This document shows positions 18,841 to 28,094 of a DNA stretch of 64,000 bases, piece by piece. Source of the DNA: Candidatus Latescibacterota bacterium (GTDB lineage Bacteria > Latescibacterota > UBA2968 > UBA8231); the NCBI GenBank assembly GCA_965242865.1, contig CBDETK010000013.1:3328001-3392000 (forward strand). Reading direction: 5' to 3'. The notes under the pieces are model-generated. The model ran no database searches. It had not been told where the DNA came from and saw only the letters and a list, made by a program, of their open reading frames with translations. A program made the position numbers and the translations under genes. Positions within the stretch are counted from its first letter, which is position 1. Every line of letters starts with the position of its first letter.

Positions 18841-19146
18841 CAGGTCAAAATCAAGGTGTATGCGGATTTTGCGCTTCTCATCATGGCGATGCACCAGAGA
18901 ACGAAAACCACCTAGATCAGTATAACCATAACCTATCTTTGTACGATCTGGATCGACTCCTGCGGAGCTTTGATACACCTCGACCATGTTTTGATACACC
19001 TCGACCATGTACTGCAGGGCCTGTAACACCGTTGATTTGCCCGAACTGTTTTTGCCAAACAGCAAGGTAATCGGGCGAATGGGGATGGTCACGGCATCGC
19101 CGATTCCCTTGAAGTTTTCTATGGTGATAGATGTAAGAGTAGCCAT
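18841..19146 (-). pseudogene. N-terminal fragment of an ABC-type ATPase (AAA_15/AAA_21-like), truncated at the IS
   Basis: ITIENFKGI...ITLLFGKNSSGKST; frame runs into the IS inverted repeat. Confidence 0.8.
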
Positions 19147-19389
19147 GATTCTCTCGCGATAGTAAAAGAATGGTAAAAACCTACTGGTGACAAGCAGCCA
19201 CGTCAAGGAACTTCCATTAGGAAATACTGTTCCCGATGCCCAGCTTTTTCTCGACGGCTCCTACCCGTGCGTCACTGCGGATTCTTCTAGCCATGATCCT
19301 ATCCTTTCTGTTCGGTTTAGACGGATGAGCTCTCGCTGGACAACGAGTTGACGCTACCCAGCGAGAGTTGAACGATATGCTAACGCAAC

Positions 19390-19752
19390 TCATCTTAAGA
19401 CATCTCGTCCTTCACCCACTTCCTCAATGAGCGTCCGGTTTGTTGCCGCCACAATGCGTACATCCACGCTGATTGGTTTGGATGCACCGAGGCGGACGAT
19501 CTCGCCTTCTTGAAGGACGCGCAACAATTTTACCTGCATGTCCTTGGGCAACTCGCCGATTTCGTCTAAAAAGAGCGTACCGCCATGGGCCGCCTCAAAA
19601 TGACCTTTGCGTGCGGCTTTTGCGTCGGTAAACGCACCTTTTTCGTGCCCAAACAGTTCGGCTTCCACGAGAGCGTACGGAATTGCACCGCAGTTTACCG
19701 CGATAAATGGCTTATCCTTTCGCAGGCTGTGTTGGTGAATGGCGCGGGTAAA
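19390..19752 (-). pseudogene. Internal fragment of a sigma-54-dependent activator AAA+ domain
   Basis: [39 protein letters not shown]; Walker A and HTH are missing. Confidence 0.8.
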
Positions 19753-19781
19753 ACTGCACGTTTCAGCAGTTCTGAGCGAAC

Positions 19782-20666
19782 CTATTCGCCGCGATGTGCG
19801 ACAACGCCGCGCGGATGCTCAAAGGCGTCGATCCACAAGCGGCACCATGTCTCGTGGTCGGTTAGCTCGCTGGATGGGGCGCGGCGGGAACGGGCGACGA
19901 AGTCGGGGTGGCCAGTGCGGCCGGTGGGCTGGCCGGTGGGTTGGTAGCGCAGGTCGAGGGACCAGCGGCACTGATCCGAGTAATTGGGGGTGGAGCGATG
20001 AGGCGTAAAGCGGCTCATGAGCACCACGTCGCCGCGCCTGCACTCCAAGGGAATGGGTGCGGTTTGGGGCATGGCCTCGGGGGCGATGGTGGTGCCGCCG
20101 GCCGACAAATGCCGGAGATAGCCGGTTTCGACGAGGCCGGGCAAGACCTCCATGCAGCCGGTCTCTACCGTGGCTTCGGCCAAAGGCAGCCAGCAGGTGA
20201 CCACGTCAGAGCCTTCGGCTTCTGGCATCATCACGCCGGCGTCTTGGTGCCAAGGCGCATTGTGGAAGGAGGGGCCTTCGCGGTTTTCGTAGGCTTGCGG
20301 CGGCTTGGCTCGCAAGTGCTGAATGGGGTTGCAGGTCAGTTCGGGACCCAAGAGCGATTCGAGGAGGTCGAGCAAGTTTTCGTTGCGCAAAAATTTGAAC
20401 ATCGCCCGCCCCCGATAGTGCATGATGTCCATTCCGCGCCCGATCGCAGGGCACTGCTTGAACAGCAAGCCGTAGCGCGTGGCAAACGGGGCGTCCTCGT
20501 GCAGGTCCGCTATTTCGCCCTCCGCGTGCAGTGCCCGCGCCCGCTCGTCGATCCACGCTGACAGCTCGTCGATTACCGGCTGCAAGTCGTCGTGGGTAAG
20601 CACCGCCCGGGCGATGATGACGCCGCGGGTGTTGAATTCTGCTAACTGCTCTGCTGTCAGTCTCAT
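19782..20666 (-). CDS. Phytanoyl-CoA dioxygenase (PhyH) family protein
   Basis: [24 protein letters not shown]. Confidence 0.9.
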   Translation of the reverse strand: MRLTAEQLAEFNTRGVIIARAVLTHDDLQPVIDELSAWIDERARALHAEGEIADLHEDAPFATRYGLLFKQCPAIGRGMDIMHYRGRAMFKFLRNENLLDLLESLLGPELTCNPIQHLRAKPPQAYENREGPSFHNAPWHQDAGVMMPEAEGSDVVTCWLPLAEATVETGCMEVLPGLVETGYLRHLSAGGTTIAPEAMPQTAPIPLECRRGDVVLMSRFTPHRSTPNYSDQCRWSLDLRYQPTGQPTGRTGHPDFVARSRRAPSSELTDHETWCRLWIDAFEHPRGVVAHRGE

Positions 20667-20738
20667 CTCTTTTTGCTCCGCTGCTGAAAATCACTGATGA
20701 ACATACGCGGGAAAGCGACAGGTTCCTTGCTGATAGGG

Positions 20739-22721
20739 CTATCGCTGTCTCGCCACCTTGAACTTGAAGTTCTTTGCCGGTCGCGGCGTCGGCACATTCG
20801 TCATTTTCAGTTCGTAACCGGGCGGGTCTAGGACGAGTTCGGCCTCGTGCAGGATGGCCGCCAGCGTCAACAAGGTCTGCGCCTCGGCAAAACCGGCCCC
20901 CAAACACCGGTGCGTGCCCACGCCGAAAGGCACATAGGCATTGGGTTGCCTGTGCTCGGCGCGGTCGGGCAAGTAGCGGTCGATGTCGAAGCGGTCCGGG
21001 TCGGGAAAACACTCCGGCAAGCGATGCGTCACGGCCGAGGCGACGAACAGCGACCGGCCAGCGGGAATGCGGTAGCCAGCAAACTCGAACGAGTTTGATA
21101 CGGTGCGGGAAACGACGGGCGCGGCCGGATACATCCGCAGCGATTCCAACACCATGCGGTGGGTGACATCGAGTTGGCGCAGACGTTCTACCGTTGGCGG
21201 CCCCTCGGCGAACAGGGCGTCGGCCTCGGCCGTCATCTGCGCCATCAAATCCGGGTGCTTGAGGATGGCATAGAGCGTAAACGTGCAGGTGGTGCCAACG
21301 GTCTCAATCCCCACCAGATAGGGGGCCAGCACCATAGCCGTCATGTCGGTCTCGGGCATGAACTGCGGGTCCGAGCGGTGGAGGTCAATTACGTCGTTTA
21401 CCAAGTCGGTGGCGTCGCAATGCGGCCCTCCGGGCTCATGGGCCTTCAGCGTCTTTTGCGCCAACTCTTTGAGCCGCTCGTGAGCTTTCTTGAATCTGCG
21501 CCTGAACAAAAACGCGGGAAGCTGTTTCGATATCTTGGTCTTCAGCAATGTTTCGAGGAAGAAGGCCAAATCTTCCAAATAGTCGCCCGCCGATGCGCCC
21601 GACAAAATCGTGCCCATCTGATCGGCAATGATGCGTTGTACCGCGAGCAGCGGCTGGATCGGTTGATTGAGCGGCCAGGCCTTGGCGTGGCCGCGAGCAA
21701 TGTCGCTGGCGACATCGAGATGATTTTGGAACCGCGCCCGCGAGAAGGCCGGGGCGAAAGCCTGACGGTGGCGCACGTGTTCCGGCCCGTCCATGTAGAG
21801 CATCACCCGAGAGGCTTCAAGCCCATCAGCCAGCCCTCGCCAAGACTCGTACGAGCGGAGAAAGAACCGCCCCTTCCGATTGACGAATTGGTTGGCTTCC
21901 GGCCCGGCGAGGACGAGCATCTTCCGACGGAGGAGGCGAATTTCAAACACCGGCCCCAGTTCCAAGTACTGCTGATGCAGAAAACTGCGGATGTCCTTGG
22001 CGGCATCCAGTGCGCTGCCGAATATGGGCAATCCCTTGACAATGGGTATCTGCTTGGGCGCGACCACTGCGCCCGGAGCGGTCAACGCTTCGGCGGATTC
22101 GCGCACTGCCTCGGCGACGGCTTGGCCGATCAGGTCCATGCGCGAAACGATGGCGACGCGCTCACTGGCCTCCTGCAACTCTTCTTTTGACAGGATTTTC
22201 TCGAACATGCCACAGGCGTCGGCCAAGCAGATGAGCACGATGTCGCGCGGGTCGGGTATGTCGTCGCTGAACAGAACGCGCATGATCCGCAGTTGCACTT
22301 CCTGTTCGGCCTTGCCTTCCACAATGGGATAGCGGCGGGAACGCGCCACCCCACGCGCCAGAGCGATGGCCCCTTCCTCGGCCGAGGCCAGAATGCCGGT
22401 TTTTAGCAGGCGAGCGAGCGCGAGGTTGCGAATTTGCTCGCCGGTTTGCGCGATGCGGCGCACGTAGTATTGGGCATTGTGCGTTCCCGCGGTCTGCGCG
22501 ATGTCAGCCAGCGTGGGGTCCAGCAGGTCGTCTTCAACCGGCGTGGAATCGACCAAAATGAGCTTTTCGAGATCCGCGTCAATCCGATTTTCAAGGGCCA
22601 AGTCCATGAGCACGGCCCCGGCGAGCGCGAGGTTCAGATGCGGCTCGGGCACAAAGGCGAGATCGCCGCGATCCTCGTTGAGGATCAGCAGCAGCAGTTC
22701 TTCGGCAAATCGCAGGGCCAT
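20739..22721 (-). CDS. GPP34/GOLPH3-family domain fused to cytochrome P450
   Basis: N-terminal AEELLLLIL...LAGAVLMDLAL; P450 motifs ESLRMYP, PDRFDIDRY, FGVGTHRCLG. Confidence 0.85.
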   Translation of the reverse strand: MALRFAEELLLLILNEDRGDLAFVPEPHLNLALAGAVLMDLALENRIDADLEKLILVDSTPVEDDLLDPTLADIAQTAGTHNAQYYVRRIAQTGEQIRNLALARLLKTGILASAEEGAIALARGVARSRRYPIVEGKAEQEVQLRIMRVLFSDDIPDPRDIVLICLADACGMFEKILSKEELQEASERVAIVSRMDLIGQAVAEAVRESAEALTAPGAVVAPKQIPIVKGLPIFGSALDAAKDIRSFLHQQYLELGPVFEIRLLRRKMLVLAGPEANQFVNRKGRFFLRSYESWRGLADGLEASRVMLYMDGPEHVRHRQAFAPAFSRARFQNHLDVASDIARGHAKAWPLNQPIQPLLAVQRIIADQMGTILSGASAGDYLEDLAFFLETLLKTKISKQLPAFLFRRRFKKAHERLKELAQKTLKAHEPGGPHCDATDLVNDVIDLHRSDPQFMPETDMTAMVLAPYLVGIETVGTTCTFTLYAILKHPDLMAQMTAEADALFAEGPPTVERLRQLDVTHRMVLESLRMYPAAPVVSRTVSNSFEFAGYRIPAGRSLFVASAVTHRLPECFPDPDRFDIDRYLPDRAEHRQPNAYVPFGVGTHRCLGAGFAEAQTLLTLAAILHEAELVLDPPGYELKMTNVPTPRPAKNFKFKVARQR

Positions 22722-22767
22722 TGCCCACCTCCTGTCGGTGCTAGGCGTCGCCTGTCGGCGGTTGATA

Positions 22768-22880
22768 TAGCAATCCTACATCATTCAAGACTGGATTCCC
22801 GCTTTCGCGGGAATGACGCTTCATAGGCAAAAAACAGTGCCGATCAACACTCCATGCTTTCGAGTCATTTAGGACTGCTA
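22768..22880. mobile_element. MITE with TA target duplication (IS630/Tc1-mariner type)
   Basis: Imperfect TIRs TAGCAATCCTACATCATTC / GAGTCATTTAGGACTGCTA, TA on both flanks; removing it restores the sulfotransferase C-terminus. Confidence 0.8.
22791..22817. repeat. Palindromic repeat CTGGATTCCCGCTTTCGCGGGAATGAC
   Basis: Hairpin; related copy at 25185-25238. Confidence 0.75.
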
Positions 22881-24022
22881 TAGTTCCACTCTTCCACGGC
22901 GAACCGCCATTTCTTCCCGACCCGGTCAATAATCGCTGGATCGAGTTGGAACGCGTTCTTGCGATAATCGGCGATGGTCTTGAGGTACGCGGCGATCTGG
23001 GGCTGGGCGTTTTCCCAATCGGGCAGGTCGAGTTCGGCGTAGAGCCGCGCCAGTTCGCCGAGCGGGTCGCGCTCTAGGTCTTCAAAGCGCACTTCCGCTA
23101 AGTGACCGGCCGGAATCAGAGCGCGGTCCGCCAAGTACTTCTGCATCACCACCGGATAGGCATCGGTGACAAACTGCTCTATTTCCGACCAGTCGTAGTC
23201 GTCGAGTTGATACACGCGCAGCAACTCGCGGTACAGATGCAGGAGTGACGGATACAAGTTGTATGGATTGCGGACGATGTGAATGAACTTGGCGTCGGGA
23301 AAGAGGCGCAGCAGGTGATCGACCCGGCCGATGTTGACCACGTTTTTCAATAGGAGCGGCCGGCCGCCGGTGTGGAGCGTCGTCTTTTGCAAGACGCGCA
23401 GGTACGCCCGCTCCCACCGGCGCAATTCGCTTGCCGTCAAACGCTCGCCCTCGCTCGCCCTCGCTCGCCCTCGCTCGGGAGCTGCGCCCATCAGCACGTA
23501 CTTTTCAAACAACCGCCAACGCAGTTGCGGAAACGTGAGGTGGTGGATAGCGGACAGAGTGGTTGAGCTAGCGAGTGCCGCATCTTCTTCTTGCGGCGTA
23601 TCCAAATCGACTTTCACGTTGTCCATCGGCCGAGTTTGTGCGCCCAACTCCGCCAGCCCCTTTTCCATCCGGCGTTTCAACCATCCCCGCCCGACCAGCG
23701 AAAAGGTTGAGGTCATAATCTGATAGGTAGATACGTACCCGTACGCGGGGTCTTGCGCCAGCAGATTCTGTAGGTGCGTCGTGCCGGACCGCCCAAACCC
23801 CAAGACGAACAAGGGCGCGTGCTCAATTTTTGTGTTGGCGATTTGCCGGGAATACAATAGCCATTCCGCTAGGCGCAACGGCGTGGCCATGGCGGAGGCG
23901 ACCAGAATCCGCGCGAGTTTGCCCCAATACGGCTTGGGCACACCCCGGTTCGCCAGAATGAGACGCAACCACACGAGAGGCGGCGCGAACGTAGATGGGT
24001 GGAATTCGTTTTGCATGGGCAT
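22865..24022 (-). CDS. Sulfotransferase (Stf3-like family)
   Basis: PAPS motifs GFGRSGTTHL and IHIVRNPY..YPS. Confidence 0.9.
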   Translation of the reverse strand: MPMQNEFHPSTFAPPLVWLRLILANRGVPKPYWGKLARILVASAMATPLRLAEWLLYSRQIANTKIEHAPLFVLGFGRSGTTHLQNLLAQDPAYGYVSTYQIMTSTFSLVGRGWLKRRMEKGLAELGAQTRPMDNVKVDLDTPQEEDAALASSTTLSAIHHLTFPQLRWRLFEKYVLMGAAPERGRARASEGERLTASELRRWERAYLRVLQKTTLHTGGRPLLLKNVVNIGRVDHLLRLFPDAKFIHIVRNPYNLYPSLLHLYRELLRVYQLDDYDWSEIEQFVTDAYPVVMQKYLADRALIPAGHLAEVRFEDLERDPLGELARLYAELDLPDWENAQPQIAAYLKTIADYRKNAFQLDPAIIDRVGKKWRFAVEEWNYSSPK

Positions 24023-24029
24023 CTTCGGT

Positions 24030-25163
24030 TTAGGCGTCGCCGCTCGGCGGTCGATAGTTCCACTCTTCCACGGCGAACCGCCATTTCTCATCAACCCGGT
24101 CGATGATCGCTGGATCGAGTTGGAACACATTCTTGCGATAACCGGCGATGGTCTTGAGGTACGCGGCGATCTGGGGCTGGGCGTTTTCCCAATCGGGCAG
24201 GTCGAGTTCGGCGTAGAGCCGCGCCAGTTCGCCGAGCGGGTCGCGCTCTAGGTCTTCAAAGCGCACTTCCGCTAAGTGACCGGCCGGAATCAGGGCGCGG
24301 TCCGCCAAGTACTTTTGCATCACCCGCGCATAACTCTCGACGAGGAACTCCTCCACTTCCGACTGGTCGTAGTCGTCGAGTTGATACAGGGGAAGCATGG
24401 TGCGGTACAACTTCATGAGCGATGGGTACACGTTGTATGGATTGCGAATGATGTGAATGAACTTGGCGTCGGGGAAGAGACGCAACAGGTGATCGGCCCG
24501 GCCGGTATTGATGGTATTTCGCAACAAGAGTTGTCGCCCGTCGGCGTGGAGCGTCATTTTCCGCAAGATGCGCAGGTACGCCCGCTCCCAACGACGCAGT
24601 TCGCTTGCCGTCAAACGCTCGCCCTCGGGGTCCGCGCCCATCAGCACGTACTTCTCGAACAACCGTCGGCCCTGCTGCGGAAAGGAAAGTTGGTGGGCAA
24701 AGGACAGGTCGCTCAAGTTGGCGAGGGCGACATCTTCTTCCTGCGGCGCGTCCAGCGAGATTTTCACGTTATCGACCCCACGGGTTTGCTCGCCCATGTT
24801 TTTTTCCATCAGGCGTTTCAACCTTCCTCGGCCGACCAGCGAAAAGGTCGGCAGGACCATCTGGAAGGCCGTCAGGTATCCGTACGTGGGGTCTCGCGTC
24901 ATCAGATTTTGCAAGTGCGTCGTGCCCGAACGGGCGAACCCCAAGATGAACAAGGGGGCAGGCTCGATCTTTGTGTTGGCGATTTGGTGGGAATACAACA
25001 GCCATTCCGTTAGGCGCAACGGCGTGGCTAGGCCGGTGGTGATCAGAATCCGCGCGAGTTTGCCCCAATACGGCTTGGGCACGCCCCGGTTCGCCAGAAT
25101 GAGACGCAACCACACAAGGGGCGGCGCGAAAGTGAGTGGGTGAAAGTCGTTTCGCATGGGCAT
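24030..25163 (-). CDS. Sulfotransferase (Stf3-like family), tandem paralogue
   Basis: GFARSGTTHL, IHIIRNPY..YPS; close to its neighbour at DNA level. Confidence 0.9.
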   Translation of the reverse strand: MPMRNDFHPLTFAPPLVWLRLILANRGVPKPYWGKLARILITTGLATPLRLTEWLLYSHQIANTKIEPAPLFILGFARSGTTHLQNLMTRDPTYGYLTAFQMVLPTFSLVGRGRLKRLMEKNMGEQTRGVDNVKISLDAPQEEDVALANLSDLSFAHQLSFPQQGRRLFEKYVLMGADPEGERLTASELRRWERAYLRILRKMTLHADGRQLLLRNTINTGRADHLLRLFPDAKFIHIIRNPYNVYPSLMKLYRTMLPLYQLDDYDQSEVEEFLVESYARVMQKYLADRALIPAGHLAEVRFEDLERDPLGELARLYAELDLPDWENAQPQIAAYLKTIAGYRKNVFQLDPAIIDRVDEKWRFAVEEWNYRPPSGDA

Positions 25164-25184
25164 TCTCCCTTCGCTACCAATTTT

Positions 25185-25238
25185 CTGGATTCCCGCCCCG
25201 TGTCGGAGCACGGGGTGACGTTCTTGCGCGGGAATGAC
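25185..25238. repeat. Palindromic repeat with an inserted inner hairpin
   Basis: CTGGATTCCCGC...GCGGGAATGAC enclosing CCCCGTG-TCGGAG-CACGGGG. Confidence 0.7.
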
Positions 25239-25335
25239 CGCTCGCGTCGTCATGCAAGACTAGCCAAAAGCAACATGAGTTTTAAGAACGCTTCTCCGTT
25301 CTGCTCACTCTCGCGGCGATAGTCTGTCAGTACAA

Positions 25336-26265
25336 CTAAGGTATATCTTCGGCGTGTTCTGCAACATAGCGCTCGATGTCCTCCCCGCTCATTGCGCCGG
25401 TAAAGGTTCCGCCCGGCGGCATGTAGTAGAAGGCCTCGGCGTAGTCTAAGGCATAAGACGCGCCGATGCGCTGGTACTCTTGCAAGCCGAAGAGGCGGAT
25501 GTACTGGCGGTCGGCTTCCTCGTCGTCGTCGCCCAAGGCCGGCAGGTACTGGCCCTGACGCGCCAGCCGCGCCTTGAGGCGGCGACCGTGAGCACCGGCC
25601 GGTCCTTGGGCCTTATTGGCGCTCAGCGCGGCCACCTTTTCCTCCAGATAGGGCGCGATGTCAACGACCGTGTTGTAGGGCTGTCCGGGGCGGCAGGTCC
25701 AGTAGTAGAGGTCTTGCACCGAGTGGGGCTGCAGGCCGCAGGCGAGTTGTTCGGGGTAGTCCTTGTCCATGCCGGCCATCCAGCGCGCGGCTTCGACGGC
25801 TTGGCCGGTAACGTAGTGATCTGGGTTTTCCTCCCAGTGGCCCCAAGGACTGAAGGTCGTAATGGTGTCGATTTTGAGGGCGCGAATCAGAAAGACTAGG
25901 CGGGCGCGGAGCTCGGTGGGCGCGGCTTCGTCGAGGAAGTGATTGCGGTAGCCGAGGTGGATGACCTGTTTGAAGCCCAACGCCTCGGCTAGCACTTCGA
26001 CTTCGCGCTCGTTTTGGCGGATGGTTTCGCCCATCGTCCCCGGGCCGCACTTCTCGTCGTTGGTGGTCTGGATCAAGTAGGCGGTGTAGCCTTCGGCGAT
26101 GAGCTTGGCGACGAGGCCGGCGCAGAAGAAGGGAATATCATCCGCATGGGCTTGGACAGCAGCCAGCACTTTGCCTCGGTGGGGTCGGCTTGCGGCGTGT
26201 TTTTCTACGGTTACTGCACCGACGGGGGTGTACCAAGGAATGCGCGGATCGGGACTAGCGGCCAT
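25336..26265 (-). CDS. PIG-L family deacetylase
   Basis: AHADD and EENPDH motifs. Confidence 0.85.
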   Translation of the reverse strand: MAASPDPRIPWYTPVGAVTVEKHAASRPHRGKVLAAVQAHADDIPFFCAGLVAKLIAEGYTAYLIQTTNDEKCGPGTMGETIRQNEREVEVLAEALGFKQVIHLGYRNHFLDEAAPTELRARLVFLIRALKIDTITTFSPWGHWEENPDHYVTGQAVEAARWMAGMDKDYPEQLACGLQPHSVQDLYYWTCRPGQPYNTVVDIAPYLEEKVAALSANKAQGPAGAHGRRLKARLARQGQYLPALGDDDEEADRQYIRLFGLQEYQRIGASYALDYAEAFYYMPPGGTFTGAMSGEDIERYVAEHAEDIP

Positions 26266-26332
26266 GGTCGTTTCCTTTATGTCGTAAGGACGGCTATCTC
26301 TATAAACATATAAAGATCGGGAGCTTAATGCG

Positions 26333-26402
26333 CTACGCTAAGTACGGCATTTTCTGGTGTTGCCGCTGCGTCCGGGATCGAGGGCAAGATGCCCTCGATC
26401 CC
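26333..26402. repeat. Intergenic REP-like element, copy 1
   Basis: CTACGCTAAGTACG leader plus hairpin GGATCGAGGGCAAGATGCCCTCGATCC. Confidence 0.8.
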
Positions 26403-26445
26403 AGGAACCCGGGCAGGCGGGGGCTGATGTCGTATAGCGAGCAGC

Positions 26446-27975
26446 CTACGAAAGGGCGTTGCGGTCGAGGGCGCGGTATTGGATGGCCTCGGCCAAGTGC
26501 CGCGGCTGGATGGTGCTGTCGTCGGCTAAGTCCGCGATGGTGCGGGCGACTTTGAGGATGCGGTCGTAGGCCCGGGCCGAGAGCCCGAGGCGGGCCATGG
26601 CTTTTTCGAGCAGGGACTGCCCGGCCGCGTCGAGCGAGCAGTGGCGGCGGATGTGCCGCGGACCCATCTGGGCGTTGCAAAATAGCTCGCCGGCAAAGCG
26701 GTCGAGTTGCCGCCGGCGGGCGCCGTTGACGCGCTGGCGGATGTGCGCTGAGTTTTCGCTGTCTTGCTCGTTGGCCAAGTCGTCGTAGGCCAGAGTCGGC
26801 ACTTCGATGTGGATGTCGATGCGGTCGAGGAGCGGCCCGGAAACGCGGGCGCGATAGCGGCGGATTGCGGCCGGCGAGCAGGTACAAGGGTGGCGGGCGT
26901 CCGCCAAGTAGCCGCAGGGGCAGGGATTCATCGCCGCGACCAGGGTAAAGTCCGCGGGATAGGCGAGCGCGATTTGCGCCCGCGTGATGGTGACGGCGTG
27001 GTCTTCGAGCGGCTGGCGCAGGGCCTCGACGACGTTGCGGCGGAACTCGGGCAACTCGTCTAGGAAGAGCACGCCGTGATGGGACAGCGACACCTCGCCC
27101 GGGCGGGGGTACGCTCCGCCGCCGATGAGGCCGGCGTCCGAGATGGTGTGGTGCGGGGCGCGGAAGGGCCGCGTCGCGACGAGGGCTTGGCCGGCGGGAA
27201 GAATCCCGGCGACCGAGTGGATCTTGGTGGTGTCGAGCGCCTCTTGTAGGGTCGGCGCCGGGAGGATCGTGGGCAGGCGGCGAGCGAGCATGGTCTTGCC
27301 CGATCCCGGCGGCCCGACCATGAGCAAATTGTGCCCCCCGCTGGCGGCGACTTCAAGGGCACGCTTGGCGTGGTCTTGGCCGCGCACTTCCGCAAAGTCA
27401 ACCCCGTAGTTGGCGTTGCTGCTAAACACTTCCTCCACATTCAATTCGTAGGGTCGCTGGCGGGCGTCGCCGGCCAAAATGGCGAGGGCCTCGTTTAGCG
27501 AGCTAACGCCATAGACCAGCGGCCCATTGGCAATGGCGGCCTCGCGGGCGTTTTGCGTCGGCACGATCATGCCGTACAGCCCCTGCTGGTGCAGGGAGGT
27601 GGCCATGGGAAGCATGCCGTGTACCGGGCGCACGCTGCCGTTGAGCGACAGCTCGCCCAAGAGCGCGAACTTGGCGAGGCACACGGGCTTGACCTGCTGA
27701 GAGGCCGCCAAGACGCCGACGGCTATGGGCAGGTCGAACGCCGAGCCTTCCTTTTTGCGGTCGGCTGGCGCGAGGTTGATGGTGATCTTGCGGCGCGGCC
27801 ACTGATAGCCGGCGTTTTTGATGGCCGCCAAGACGCGCTCCTTGCTTTCGCGGACTGCGGAGTCGGGCAGGCCGACGACCGTGAAGGTCGGCAAGCTGCG
27901 GTCGGTATCGACTTCGACGTGGACCGGGTACGCGTCAATTCCGAGCGTAGCGGCCGAGAGGACAGTAGAAGGCAT
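26446..27975 (-). CDS. comM: YifB/ComM Mg-chelatase-like AAA+ ATPase
   Basis: INLAPAD, GPPGSGKT, RAPHHT, LFLDELPEF, AMNPCPCG. Confidence 0.93.
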   Translation of the reverse strand: MPSTVLSAATLGIDAYPVHVEVDTDRSLPTFTVVGLPDSAVRESKERVLAAIKNAGYQWPRRKITINLAPADRKKEGSAFDLPIAVGVLAASQQVKPVCLAKFALLGELSLNGSVRPVHGMLPMATSLHQQGLYGMIVPTQNAREAAIANGPLVYGVSSLNEALAILAGDARQRPYELNVEEVFSSNANYGVDFAEVRGQDHAKRALEVAASGGHNLLMVGPPGSGKTMLARRLPTILPAPTLQEALDTTKIHSVAGILPAGQALVATRPFRAPHHTISDAGLIGGGAYPRPGEVSLSHHGVLFLDELPEFRRNVVEALRQPLEDHAVTITRAQIALAYPADFTLVAAMNPCPCGYLADARHPCTCSPAAIRRYRARVSGPLLDRIDIHIEVPTLAYDDLANEQDSENSAHIRQRVNGARRRQLDRFAGELFCNAQMGPRHIRRHCSLDAAGQSLLEKAMARLGLSARAYDRILKVARTIADLADDSTIQPRHLAEAIQYRALDRNALS

Positions 27976-28094
27976 GCGGTTCCTTTCGTTGAGATAGGCA
28001 AGATCAAACAAGAACCGTGCCAGCGGGGACGCGCTCTAAGGGCGGTAGGAATGTTGGGCTGTAGAATGGGGATTAGGCGATACGGCGTTGGCAC

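Noticed and set aside
26446-27975. comM as an integration hotspot
   Set aside because: The gene is intact with no inserted element
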